A DNA stretch of 53,402 nt from a virus: positions 1-53,402 of IMG/VR virus record IMGVR_UViG_3300017782_000022. The stretch is one strand, 5' to 3'. The position numbers and the translations under genes were made by a program. Shown in pieces: positions 45,101 through 52,881 of this stretch; the first letter of the stretch is position 1, and each line of letters opens with the position of its first letter. The notes under the pieces were generated by a model. The model saw only the letters and a list, made by a program, of their open reading frames with translations, did no database searches and had not been told where the DNA came from.

Positions 45101-46900
45101 CAAAACCCACCCAAAACTTTGAATAGTATTTTGTTTGTAAAATTGATTTAAAGCTGGACTTCTATTTACTAGTAATAACTTGCCCTTATCACTTAACTGG
45201 GGAGACATTCCACTAGGATGAGCAGGATTAGCTAAATCTATTGACCATATCCATTCTTTATTGGAAGTATGTCCCATTATAGGTGGCTTCCAAAGGCCAT
45301 CATTAGTCGTATAGACTTCACCGTCTTCATTTAAGTAATCTTTATGATAATCATTATCTTTATCAAACTCCCAACTTGCTTGTATCCAAATTCTTCCTTG
45401 CCCTCCAGAGCTTGTATTAAATCTAGCATCTTGAGGAGTAACCATAATGTCACTATACCAAGCACCACTATGAGGTTCCCCTACAATATCTCTTGTTCCA
45501 CAAATACCAGCAGGACTATTAGGTAAAGCATATGGCCAATTTGAACTGTATTTTTTAAATTCACTTACTATAGGACTATCTGTATCTCCTGAGTCTTCTA
45601 AGCCTATAAATTTGTAACAATGAACTAAACCACTTCCTACGTCATCTAGAACAAATAAATGAGGGCCATCAGTAGAGATAGATAAAGGTCTTACTAAGTT
45701 TGTATCTTCTGCTCCATATCGAATATAACTTGTTGCTTTGTAAACGTTTCCTCCACCAAATGCATTAGTATCCGTTCTAAAAATATATAAGTTTGGCTCT
45801 CCTGTAACAAATCCAGCAAAATAAACTTGAGTCCAACTACCTGAAGCACCGCCTTTAGCTCCTGAAGCATTGTACCATTCGCTTACATCTAATTTTACCA
45901 TATCACTTAAAGCTGGAACGTCTTTAGGTATTTTTAATTCAGCATCTTCTATTGTAATTGTAGTTTCATTTAATTCATTAGACCATTGCTTGTGTTGAGC
46001 CATGCCAACCCATTTAGGTGGCGTAGCTTTACTTCCACCTAGTCCTACACTTAAGCTTTTACTATTAATTTGAGCAAAATCTGCTTTTCTAGCGCTTCTT
46101 GTAAGATAGCCAACCCTAGAGTTCTCTTTTTCTACAGTAGGGTCATTATTACCATCAATTGCAGAAGCAGTGCTAATGTTATATGTAACATCTAAAGCGC
46201 CATTCCAAAACTTAATTAAATGAGAACCGTCTTTAGTCTTTAATACAAACATATCAGACGTAGTAGCTCCATTTGCTAAAATATTAAATACTATCTGCTC
46301 TCCTTTTAAGAAGAAATCAAAACTTCTCCAACCAAGAGATAGGCCATATCCAATAGAATTATAACTATCGTCTCCTGCCGTAGGTGTAACTTCACTACTA
46401 TATCCCGAAGGTAACCCATCAATAACTTTTTGCGTTTGATATTTTAAATTAGTATTTGTTACCGACAGTATTGTAAGAACAATATCTTTAGCTGGCGTTG
46501 TGCCACCTATTAAATTTCCTGCTATTTTTATAGTATCATTTTCTTTATATCCACTTCCTCCACTGTCTATATGATTAACAGTAGAAGTAGTATGAACAGT
46601 CCCTAGTTTAACTTCTAAGGTAACGGTAAGTCCAGTTCCAGATGAGCTTACATTTGTAGTTGCAAGATTAGCGTATGTCCCATTTGTTAAGCCAGAAGGA
46701 TTTGAACTTGGAGCAAAGTTTATGTTAGAGACAACCCCGGCAGTAAGCTCAGTAATTTTTATATTATATTCAGTATCTTTTTCGCCTGTAAATTTTCCTT
46801 TTAACTCTATACTATTATCTTTTGAAAGAGTAGGTATATTTGTAGCTGTTACAGAACTAGCTCCTTGACTTATAAAATCTTGATTAGTTGCTAATGCCAT
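42116..46900 (-). CDS. Very large tail/host-recognition structural protein
   Basis: 1594-aa ORF rich in Gly/Ser/Thr/Asn/Trp/Tyr (beta-rich style). Lies in the tail module and is TAATG-coupled. Confidence 0.8.
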   Translation of the reverse strand: MALATNQDFISQGASSVTATNIPTLSKDNSIELKGKFTGEKDTEYNIKITELTAGVVSNINFAPSSNPSGLTNGTYANLATTNVSSSGTGLTVTLEVKLGTVHTTSTVNHIDSGGSGYKENDTIKIAGNLIGGTTPAKDIVLTILSVTNTNLKYQTQKVIDGLPSGYSSEVTPTAGDDSYNSIGYGLSLGWRSFDFFLKGEQIVFNILANGATTSDMFVLKTKDGSHLIKFWNGALDVTYNISTASAIDGNNDPTVEKENSRVGYLTRSARKADFAQINSKSLSVGLGGSKATPPKWVGMAQHKQWSNELNETTITIEDAELKIPKDVPALSDMVKLDVSEWYNASGAKGGASGSWTQVYFAGFVTGEPNLYIFRTDTNAFGGGNVYKATSYIRYGAEDTNLVRPLSISTDGPHLFVLDDVGSGLVHCYKFIGLEDSGDTDSPIVSEFKKYSSNWPYALPNSPAGICGTRDIVGEPHSGAWYSDIMVTPQDARFNTSSGGQGRIWIQASWEFDKDNDYHKDYLNEDGEVYTTNDGLWKPPIMGHTSNKEWIWSIDLANPAHPSGMSPQLSDKGKLLLVNRSPALNQFYKQNTIQSFGWVLPVIRGDYNIEEGGHPQGTAKDENNINGTNYFETDSVLLGEDSILGNSEGALDAGMGKKIQINEAGVLQLFQFGLTDVGEATRVGVSVVYSGSDYSKKGSTSYGKHYGHSQKWNALYAEVISSSCFYIDSFITGSDGDSSITMATAGKMRDRLSLTAGNKPKEVEQVALPASGCVTFNIIDGTATGFTEKPLIIPTNANVQAGGYNQEITELEFNNSGWGNGSSYTNSNRSFLGAGSKPSDLERIVYHRNSNVAYLVMYHEDGKIFTHNIESLRAKASEQTNQGANSWVKETFFYKNPFHKENDNFLSTSNAGLSASERIPGVFNANGTSTGLIQHPRANNMFKGLQTGLEGASVAYRDRTTRASNRYTDVSAINYSTNGTSNNFDDWENAYAGKFGHLRVFLLDHERSSAFQSQIQHSDSDKEKMWDFTPTSIIIGSRAFLLNQRKGSWSYISYTNQSGILPATSSRGFVASDLGLTITGFDNVGNGSPADNQARISGPLSVGTSVFNGWWGKDTPPTGSLGYDANKEALGPDFMYYTFNLVYDGYQESPLSDSIGSSVDTNSGWTVQTTGDCLNIKITVPDIRNISRRVSHINIYRSVNRKNEPFAKAFYQLVENIGLNDVRWVVDSNDSNKWYCTILDTGKTGETFETRTGVSELLDNTMPHYGLSCEGEGYLFITQAWHQTADKNTNYIYRSKPGKYSIFDWSSDFLELPEYPSAISYYNGKLFAFSQTTTYMINPRNMVIEETFLQSGCLSNDSIVSSDYGMFWADKKSIWLYQGTSIQNIGLPIEQGLDSSYRNRHNLPYSVHVEFDAISKCFCVFHKPKLEYTQIAGADEGTNYNQRTEEGIQAAVWAFHIEKKRWDYWQLTDADDSGLGKPTLSVCRDWEGGVLYMNKNGLFRLGTGLIRKAWQWISKNFVMGFPTLDKRFYKIRAVSQNGSPIIQYKVDDALLGLGVAANEKVATKKGKRIKLSVRGDGSTAVDSLGIIYRKPKAK

Positions 46901-48051
46901 TACGGTTTTGTAAACCCTTTTGTTCCGTCATCATCACTATCTCCAGAACCATCATCCCCACCACTAGAACCACCGTCTTCAAGAATTAGTATATTCCAGT
47001 CAGTAGTCCCGTCAAAAATAAAATCATTTGTAGCAAAATTACCTGTATCAAACCTAACAAGACTTTGAAGATTAGTATCTAACGATAAGTAGGAAGAGCT
47101 TCCATTAGATGAAGCTGTAACGCTTAAATTTACATTTTGGTTCCCATTTTTTTCTGCAACATCTACACCAAAAGGTTCTAAAGTTTGATAAGTCCCATAA
47201 TTAGCGTTATTAAATGAAAGAGTCTTAGAGTTAACAGCACTTTGATTATCCGCTTTATGAGCTTTTAATAAAGATGTATTTTGACTTACAAATGTTAAAT
47301 CTACTGTCCCAGTAGATGTTGCAAAGTTTGGGTTAGTAGATAGTTTGAATTGTAGCTGACTACTCCCTTGCAATCCCTGTTGGCATACATTGTCAAAAGT
47401 ACTTTCTTTTACTAAAACAGCAGGAATAATATTACTTATATAGTTAAAACTTCTACTAAAGTCAACATCTGAGCTATTCCAGTTAGAGTCACTAGACTGA
47501 GCTGTTATCTGAAGAACAAGAGCTAACTCTTGTGTTATTGTGATATTTTGAGGCCTAACATAAACTAATTGAACTGCCGCCCAATTTGACGATGTAAATG
47601 TTATATCTAACTCTTCGCCTTCTGATGGAGGAATAGTGCCACTACTAGTGCTATGTAACTTTACAAAGGAACCTACACTTGCATAATCATCAATTTTTAT
47701 TTTCACAACAACGTTTGATGTTGGTGCTGGCCCACTAAGAGTAACTTCACCTCTTAAAAACTGATTTTGAAATAACGAATGTTCAGCCGGTTGGGCATTA
47801 TTAGCAGTCCAAACTATACTAATTTCTCTTGGGACATTTCCAGCTGTTTCTGGAGGAATAAATTGAAAAACAGTTTTACTAGCACTGCTATCAATTAAAA
47901 CATCTTTATAACGGCCTTTTAACCTTCCTTGAGTACTATTAGGGTCTATGTCTCTAGAAAAAGTAGCGGCATCTTTTTTGATATCATTATCATCAGCCGC
48001 AGTGACTACTCCTAAATTAAAATTCTTTACTTCTCGTACTGCTTTAGGCAT
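46900..48051 (-). CDS. Tail structural protein with acidic Gly/Ser/Asp tail
   Basis: 383-aa ORF with C-terminus GGSSGGDDGSGDSDDDGTKGFTKP. Confidence 0.75.
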   Translation of the reverse strand: MPKAVREVKNFNLGVVTAADDNDIKKDAATFSRDIDPNSTQGRLKGRYKDVLIDSSASKTVFQFIPPETAGNVPREISIVWTANNAQPAEHSLFQNQFLRGEVTLSGPAPTSNVVVKIKIDDYASVGSFVKLHSTSSGTIPPSEGEELDITFTSSNWAAVQLVYVRPQNITITQELALVLQITAQSSDSNWNSSDVDFSRSFNYISNIIPAVLVKESTFDNVCQQGLQGSSQLQFKLSTNPNFATSTGTVDLTFVSQNTSLLKAHKADNQSAVNSKTLSFNNANYGTYQTLEPFGVDVAEKNGNQNVNLSVTASSNGSSSYLSLDTNLQSLVRFDTGNFATNDFIFDGTTDWNILILEDGGSSGGDDGSGDSDDDGTKGFTKP

Positions 48052-48244
48052 TCTTTTTATCCTGTTTAATCTGCATCAACTTAGCTGTTATATATACAGT
48101 TAAATCTAATGCTTCTTCTAGTGCTTCTTGCACCCATTCTCTACCATCATTTATATCAAGCTCATCTGGATACTCTTTCTTTCCATGCTCTAGTCTTTCC
48201 CTTATGGCGTCTATTATTTCTTTGTTCAAATGACTTCTCCCCAT
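48044..48244 (-). CDS. Hypothetical small helical protein
   Basis: 66-aa ORF overlapping both neighbours by a few nt. Confidence 0.6.
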   Translation of the reverse strand: MGRSHLNKEIIDAIRERLEHGKKEYPDELDINDGREWVQEALEEALDLTVYITAKLMQIKQDKKNA

Positions 48245-49005
48245 AATGAAGCATGACCATTTATAATCTGTATTATATGTACAGTAAAATGTCCACCATT
48301 AAAGTAGTCTACTACTGCAAATGCGTGTTGCCAATTATGTTTTCTATTCATAAGCCAATCATTTGATTTAGAGTCTAATCTTTTTAGACATCCTATCGAC
48401 CACGCACTTTTAACACCATCCAAGTGAGTAACCGAAGATTGCTGAATATCATGATGATGCCCGTACATAACGTTTGAACCCAAACGAATAAGATGATTAC
48501 GGGTATGATTAATACCAGCGAAGTGATTTCCATGATAGTAATGAAGTTTACCAATCTTAAGATATTTCCCAACTGGATAGTATTTATAACCTCTACCAGA
48601 TAATACAGCTTCCTCAAAAGTATAGCCCTCAAGGTATGGGTTTTCTTGACAAAACCTATTAAGCCAGTCATCGTGGTTTCCTTCACAAAAATACTTCTCA
48701 GTGCAATTGACTTTATCAAGAGCCTCATCTATACTATCTATTCCTTTGTTTACTGCCGCTATTTCTTCATCAACAGATGGTAGTTGGTATTCTAATGGTG
48801 GACGCTTTTTTTTCTTCCACTGCCACGAACTCACTGAAAACCATTCTCCTACATCTCCTAAATCAACATAAAAATCAGGCTTAACTATCTCAATAGCCTT
48901 ATTTAAACATCTTATAGCACCTTTATCTTCTAAGGGAAAATGTTTATCTGGTGTAATTATTCCCCTTTTTACTACACCCTTGTCTAGTTTGGTTGCTGTT
49001 CCCAA
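48226..49005 (-). CDS. Calcineurin-like metallophosphoesterase
   Basis: Ordered motifs PDKHFP (DxH), DLGDVGEW (GD), EGNHDDW (GNHD/E), HGNH and YGHHHD. Confidence 0.8.
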   Translation of the reverse strand: MGTATKLDKGVVKRGIITPDKHFPLEDKGAIRCLNKAIEIVKPDFYVDLGDVGEWFSVSSWQWKKKKRPPLEYQLPSVDEEIAAVNKGIDSIDEALDKVNCTEKYFCEGNHDDWLNRFCQENPYLEGYTFEEAVLSGRGYKYYPVGKYLKIGKLHYYHGNHFAGINHTRNHLIRLGSNVMYGHHHDIQQSSVTHLDGVKSAWSIGCLKRLDSKSNDWLMNRKHNWQHAFAVVDYFNGGHFTVHIIQIINGHASLWGEVI

Positions 49006-49259
49006 ATTTCCTCCCAGTTACTAACATCAATAAGTAAATTCTTCGCTTTCTGGAGATGCTTCTCCGTAGTACGACTTGTGAATCTTAATAGAAAAGTATG
49101 ACAATAATCGCATTCCCACATAAGTGCTCCATTATATGCACCAAGTATTTCTACTTCATGAATCTTTTTACACTGACAGTAAGGACAACTATCTGGCATT
49201 TTTTTAAAGGTTTTTGTTCCTTTAATTTTAAACTTATCTATTATTTTACTGGTTCCCAT
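48984..49259 (-). CDS. Zinc-ribbon protein
   Basis: 91 aa. Contains CPYCQC...CDYCH. Confidence 0.65.
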   Translation of the reverse strand: MGTSKIIDKFKIKGTKTFKKMPDSCPYCQCKKIHEVEILGAYNGALMWECDYCHTFLLRFTSRTTEKHLQKAKNLLIDVSNWEEIWEQQPN

Positions 49260-49490
49260 TTATTTTCTAAACATACCCTCAAGTATATCTGAAACTACAT
49301 CAACACATTTCTCAAAAAAGATTTGCTCTTTTTCTTCTGATACGAAAGGAATATCAATCTTTTCGTTAATCCTAGTTGCTATTGTATCAGTCATTTCATC
49401 ACTAGCAAGATGATTTACCATTTCTTCTTTCATCTTTTCAGCTTGTGCTTCTGCCATATCCATTAACATTTTCTTTAAATCCATTCCCAT
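49260..49490 (-). CDS. Hypothetical acidic helical protein (76 aa)
   Basis: Internal ATG (MGMDLKKML...) of track ORF 49260..49589, with AAGGAG 8 nt upstream. The upstream portion is better explained by the 41-aa TM ORF. Confidence 0.6.
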   Translation of the reverse strand: MGMDLKKMLMDMAEAQAEKMKEEMVNHLASDEMTDTIATRINEKIDIPFVSEEKEQIFFEKCVDVVSDILEGMFRK

Positions 49491-49615
49491 TACTTGTTCT
49501 CCTTTATTCTCTTTGTTTTTAAATATAAATAATAAATTTGTATTCCAAACATCAAGCACATTAATATGCCTGATAAAACGTCTGTCCAATAAACAAATCC
49601 CAAACCTGTTGTCAT
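49490..49615 (-). CDS. Small membrane protein (41 aa), below the ORF-track cutoff
   Basis: Hand translation: MTTGLGFVYWTDVLSGILMCLMFGIQIYYLYLKTKRIKENK*. The stop overlaps the next ATG (TAATG). Confidence 0.45.
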   Translation of the reverse strand: MTTGLGFVYWTDVLSGILMCLMFGIQIYYLYLKTKRIKENK

Positions 49616-49631
49616 GCCTGTTACCCTTAGA

Positions 49632-49766
49632 CTATCCATTTCCCCGCCTTTTTATTTTTTTAACCTTACCATTGTGCGTTAAAGCATAAATATATTCTTT
49701 AGTCTTCCTAATTAATTTACCATAATATCTCTTACCACCAAACATCCAACTTACTTTTTTAGCCAT
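49632..49766 (-). CDS. Tiny basic protein (44 aa), below the ORF-track cutoff
   Basis: Hand translation: MAKKVSWMFGGKRYYGKLIRKTKEYIYALTHNGKVKKIKRRGNG*. The ATG overlaps the upstream stop (TAATG). Confidence 0.4.
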   Translation of the reverse strand: MAKKVSWMFGGKRYYGKLIRKTKEYIYALTHNGKVKKIKRRGNG

Positions 49767-50092
49767 TAGTGTTTTCCATTTACTCTACTTAAACTACCTT
49801 TTATTTCAGAAACTTGGTTATCGAGGTCATTAATTTCTTTATTGAGACCATCAAATTTTCTATCAAGCTTATCATCTGACTTGTTCCACCTTGCAATAAG
49901 TTTGATAACCATCCCTTCCATGTTTTCAAGTGTCTCACTTTGCCCTTTATTTTCAACTTCCAAGTTCCTCAATGCCTCTGCTTGTTCGTTTCCTCTCTTG
50001 TTCATTGAGTAAACCATAAACATAAACATAGCCCCTACAACGCCTATCATACCCGCTTCTGCGTATAAGGCTAAAAATTCTTCCATTCGCAC
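49766..50092 (-). CDS. Membrane protein: N-terminal TM plus coiled coil
   Basis: 108 aa. AEAGMIGVVGAMFMFMVYSM followed by a heptad-like charged region. The start may be ATG 50086 rather than GTG 50092. Confidence 0.65.
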   Translation of the reverse strand: MRMEEFLALYAEAGMIGVVGAMFMFMVYSMNKRGNEQAEALRNLEVENKGQSETLENMEGMVIKLIARWNKSDDKLDRKFDGLNKEINDLDNQVSEIKGSLSRVNGKH

Positions 50093-50202
50093 CCCCCATT
50101 ATTTAAATGGCGACTCTAAAAACTTTTTAAAACCGTCCCTTACCTTTATAAAAAACACATCTTCTGCACCTCTAAAGTTACCAACTTTATTCGATTTTAT
50201 TT

Positions 50203-50529
50203 TTATCTTTTTTTTGATTTTTTTCTCCAACTTAATGGATTTAAATTTAATTCCTTTTGATACCAAGTCAACTCCTCTTCCATTTTAGCAAATTTTATAT
50301 CCTCTTGAATTTGGTAATTTTCTACCAGTTCTGTGACTGTGTTATCAGCAATTTCCATTCTTCGTTCAAGGTCTGTAATTCGTTGGATAACCATATAGTA
50401 CGAATAGACAAGTCCAGCGACAAGTACAAACATTTGACCAAGCCACTTAAGGTTAATAGATACAACAGCGTTGTCATCGACCACAGTTCCACGATAGCTC
50501 CTTGCCGTTTTAGGTTTGGCATCGCTCAT
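50203..50529 (-). CDS. Membrane protein: TM plus coiled coil (i-spanin-like architecture)
   Basis: 108 aa. WLGQMFVLVAGLVYSYYMVI followed by a charged helical region and a basic C-terminus. Confidence 0.65.
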   Translation of the reverse strand: MSDAKPKTARSYRGTVVDDNAVVSINLKWLGQMFVLVAGLVYSYYMVIQRITDLERRMEIADNTVTELVENYQIQEDIKFAKMEEELTWYQKELNLNPLSWRKKSKKR

Positions 50530-50645
50530 ATTTCATATCCAACAACACTGCATCCACTATTGCAACTACCAACAAGAACTAAGCCTCCTAGTATCACTAC
50601 AAGGAACGTAACAACTTTAATTATATCTTTTAAATCTTCTGACAT
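50526..50645 (-). CDS. Small signal-peptide/lipobox-like protein (39 aa), below the ORF-track cutoff
   Basis: Hand translation: MSEDLKDIIKVVTFLVVILGGLVLVGSCNSGCSVVGYEI*. TAATG start and ATGA stop coupling. VGS-C is only an imperfect lipobox. Confidence 0.4.
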   Translation of the reverse strand: MSEDLKDIIKVVTFLVVILGGLVLVGSCNSGCSVVGYEI

Positions 50646-51493
50646 TACTTAACTGCGTCTAACAATCCTTTTGCAAAGATTAATTCTCTTGTTTGCCCTT
50701 TTGAATTGTAAACAAGATTTAACTTACCCGTATACCCTGAAACAGCGGCATTTGAACCAGCGGCTCCTGTTGCACCAGTTGCACCTTGTGGCCCCTGACT
50801 TCCTGTATCGCCCTTATCACCTTTCGCACCAGCTGAACCATTTGTTCCATTTGAGCCTGCAGAACCAGTATCTCCTTTGTCACCTTTAGCACCTGCACTT
50901 CCGTTACTTCCAGCAGAGCCAGTATCCCCTTTATCACCTTTTGCTCCCGCACTTCCAGTAGGCCCTTGTGGGCCAGTATCTCCGGTATCTCCTTTATCAC
51001 CCTTAGCGCCTGCTGAACCATTAGTCCCATTAGTCCCATTACTTCCAGCGGCACCAGTAGCTCCAGTGTCACCCTTGTCTCCTTTTGCTCCAGCACTTCC
51101 GTTTGAACCTGCGTTACCAGTGTCTCCCTTATCTCCCTTGTCTCCCTTAGCTCCAGCTGAACCGTTGGTTCCATTTGTTCCAGCATTTCCTTTAGCACCT
51201 GTAGCACCTCTTGCTCCAGTAGCTCCTTGAGATGACCATTGTTCTGACTCAGCAGAACCAAAAGCATTAAATACCATCTTATACATATGATGGACATCAT
51301 CGTGGAGTTTATTAAGGTCACCTCTTAATTCTTCAATAACATCTACTATGTTATTTGAAATAGGGTCTTCATCAGCAGACATTAGACTATCATCTGCTTT
51401 ATACATATGAGCCAACTTAGCCTTAGTTTTATAAGTGGTTGGCTTACTAGTTAGGTTTAATAAATTTGAGTTTGTTAATTTTTCTTTTGCCAT
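50645..51493 (-). CDS. Collagen-like repeat tail fibre protein
   Basis: About 160 aa of uninterrupted G-X-Y triplets with six copies of GSAGAKGDKGDTG. Non-collagenous N- and C-domains. Sits among the fibre genes. Confidence 0.85.
   Translation of the reverse strand: MAKEKLTNSNLLNLTSKPTTYKTKAKLAHMYKADDSLMSADEDPISNNIVDVIEELRGDLNKLHDDVHHMYKMVFNAFGSAESEQWSSQGATGARGATGAKGNAGTNGTNGSAGAKGDKGDKGDTGNAGSNGSAGAKGDKGDTGATGAAGSNGTNGTNGSAGAKGDKGDTGDTGPQGPTGSAGAKGDKGDTGSAGSNGSAGAKGDKGDTGSAGSNGTNGSAGAKGDKGDTGSQGPQGATGATGAAGSNAAVSGYTGKLNLVYNSKGQTRELIFAKGLLDAVK
50750..51226 (-). repeat. Tandem G-X-Y coding repeats (nucleotide-level near-repeats)
   Basis: Recurrent ggtgataaaggagatac / gcaggtgctaaaggtga-type strings. 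These generate the spurious alternative-frame ORFs in the track. Confidence 0.85.
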
Positions 51494-51494
51494 T

Positions 51495-52622
51495 TTATAT
51501 TTTCGCTATTGTTAGTACTGCTCCATAAAGATATTGAGATACACTAGTTGGATGCCATCCTAGTATAAAATACCTACCATTAGTATCGTCAGCAGTTATT
51601 CCCGAACTTGGATTTGTAACATTAGTGTTGTTTGTATATTGTGATTGTGGAACTTGAGCACTTGTTGTAGAACCTGTGGCAATAGTAGAATAGTAAGCAC
51701 TTGCGGCTACACTAGAAGTTCCATTAATTCTCCAATGAGTTACTTTATACCCACTTGGTATTGGAACATTTGCATAACCCTCATGAACAGCATACATAAC
51801 TTTTGCTTGACCACCATTATCCATCAAAGCTAGGTTACCATAATTTTGGTCATCATTAACCTTAAAATCGCTTGGGGGTACAAATATTTTTGTTTGTGTG
51901 TGCCAACCGAGATTTGCTTTTGCTGATGTTACTGCATTATTTGCTAACTTTGCATTAGTTACGGCACTATTCTCAAGTCTAGCGGTTGTAATACTACCTT
52001 CAGAAACATCAACGCTAGTTTCTCTAGTACTTTCATTAGTGTTAAATCCAATCGAACCCTCACTGGTAAGATTCCAATGTTGAGTAGAACCAGTACTTGG
52101 GTTTAAACTTACAATACAGTCTGGATTATTCTCAGTAATGTCAAGCGTGTATGTAGTATTAGTATTAGTAGGAGTTGCCCAAGTAAATGTGCTGTCTCCA
52201 TCAGACCTTAAAAATTGAGAAGTACTACCATTACCACTTACTGATAATTCTGTTGCAGTTACAGCTCCACTGTCTATTGCTTGATTACCAACTACATTAT
52301 TAGCAAGCTTAGAAGGATGTCCCACTGCACCTGTAGCTAGTTTGTCACTAGTAACTACACTATCTTGTATTGATGCAGTATCTACGGCCTCATCTGCAAG
52401 ATTAGCCGCCCTAACTGCTCCAGAAGCTAATTTGAATCTATCAACAGCCCCACTAGCAATTTTAGCATTAGTTATTGCAGAATCTGCAATTCTAGCTGTT
52501 GCAAAAGTGCCACTTGTGACTAAACTAGCAGAATGACTTGGAACAGATGTAAGATAGTTTGAATCATTAGTTAATTCAGATATGTCACTACCTTCAGTTA
52601 ATATTTTTTTCCAAGTAGCCAT
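51495..52622 (-). CDS. Tail fibre protein
   Basis: 375 aa. N-terminus MATWKKILTEGS matches the other fibre (MATWKKLLHESS). Internal repeats of the form (S)A(I/V)TNAK(I/L)A.(G/N)AV. Confidence 0.8.
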   Translation of the reverse strand: MATWKKILTEGSDISELTNDSNYLTSVPSHSASLVTSGTFATARIADSAITNAKIASGAVDRFKLASGAVRAANLADEAVDTASIQDSVVTSDKLATGAVGHPSKLANNVVGNQAIDSGAVTATELSVSGNGSTSQFLRSDGDSTFTWATPTNTNTTYTLDITENNPDCIVSLNPSTGSTQHWNLTSEGSIGFNTNESTRETSVDVSEGSITTARLENSAVTNAKLANNAVTSAKANLGWHTQTKIFVPPSDFKVNDDQNYGNLALMDNGGQAKVMYAVHEGYANVPIPSGYKVTHWRINGTSSVAASAYYSTIATGSTTSAQVPQSQYTNNTNVTNPSSGITADDTNGRYFILGWHPTSVSQYLYGAVLTIAKI

Positions 52623-52625
52623 GTT

Positions 52626-52856
52626 TTACTGTGTACCTTCTTGTATTATCTCCGTATTTGGAGGCTGATATCCAACAAATTCACCAGTCTTAGTTTCATG
52701 AGTTTCTAACAACTTCTGAACTCTGTCTCTAAGATTCCCAATCTTACCAGCCTCGCTTCCTTTAACTTGACATTGGTCAATCAATTGCATTATAAAAAAT
52801 GCCTCAACTGGTTCCAATTTTAAGTTATATGTTGGCTCTTTCTCTAATTTAGCCAT
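52626..52856 (-). CDS. Small protein preceding a fibre gene; paralog of 1003..1209
   Basis: 76-aa ORF with the same position relative to a MATWKK fibre and shared motifs (see 1003..1209). Confidence 0.7.
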   Translation of the reverse strand: MAKLEKEPTYNLKLEPVEAFFIMQLIDQCQVKGSEAGKIGNLRDRVQKLLETHETKTGEFVGYQPPNTEIIQEGTQ

Positions 52857-52881
52857 TTTACTCTCCTTTATTATCTGTTTG

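Noticed and set aside
50671-51321. Track ORFs 50671..50889(+), 50877..51230(+) and 50719..51321(-) within the collagen gene
   Set aside because: They are alternative-frame or antisense artefacts of the G-X-Y nucleotide repeats (Pro/Leu/Val-rich nonsense products). The G-X-Y frame 50645..51493 is the coherent one.
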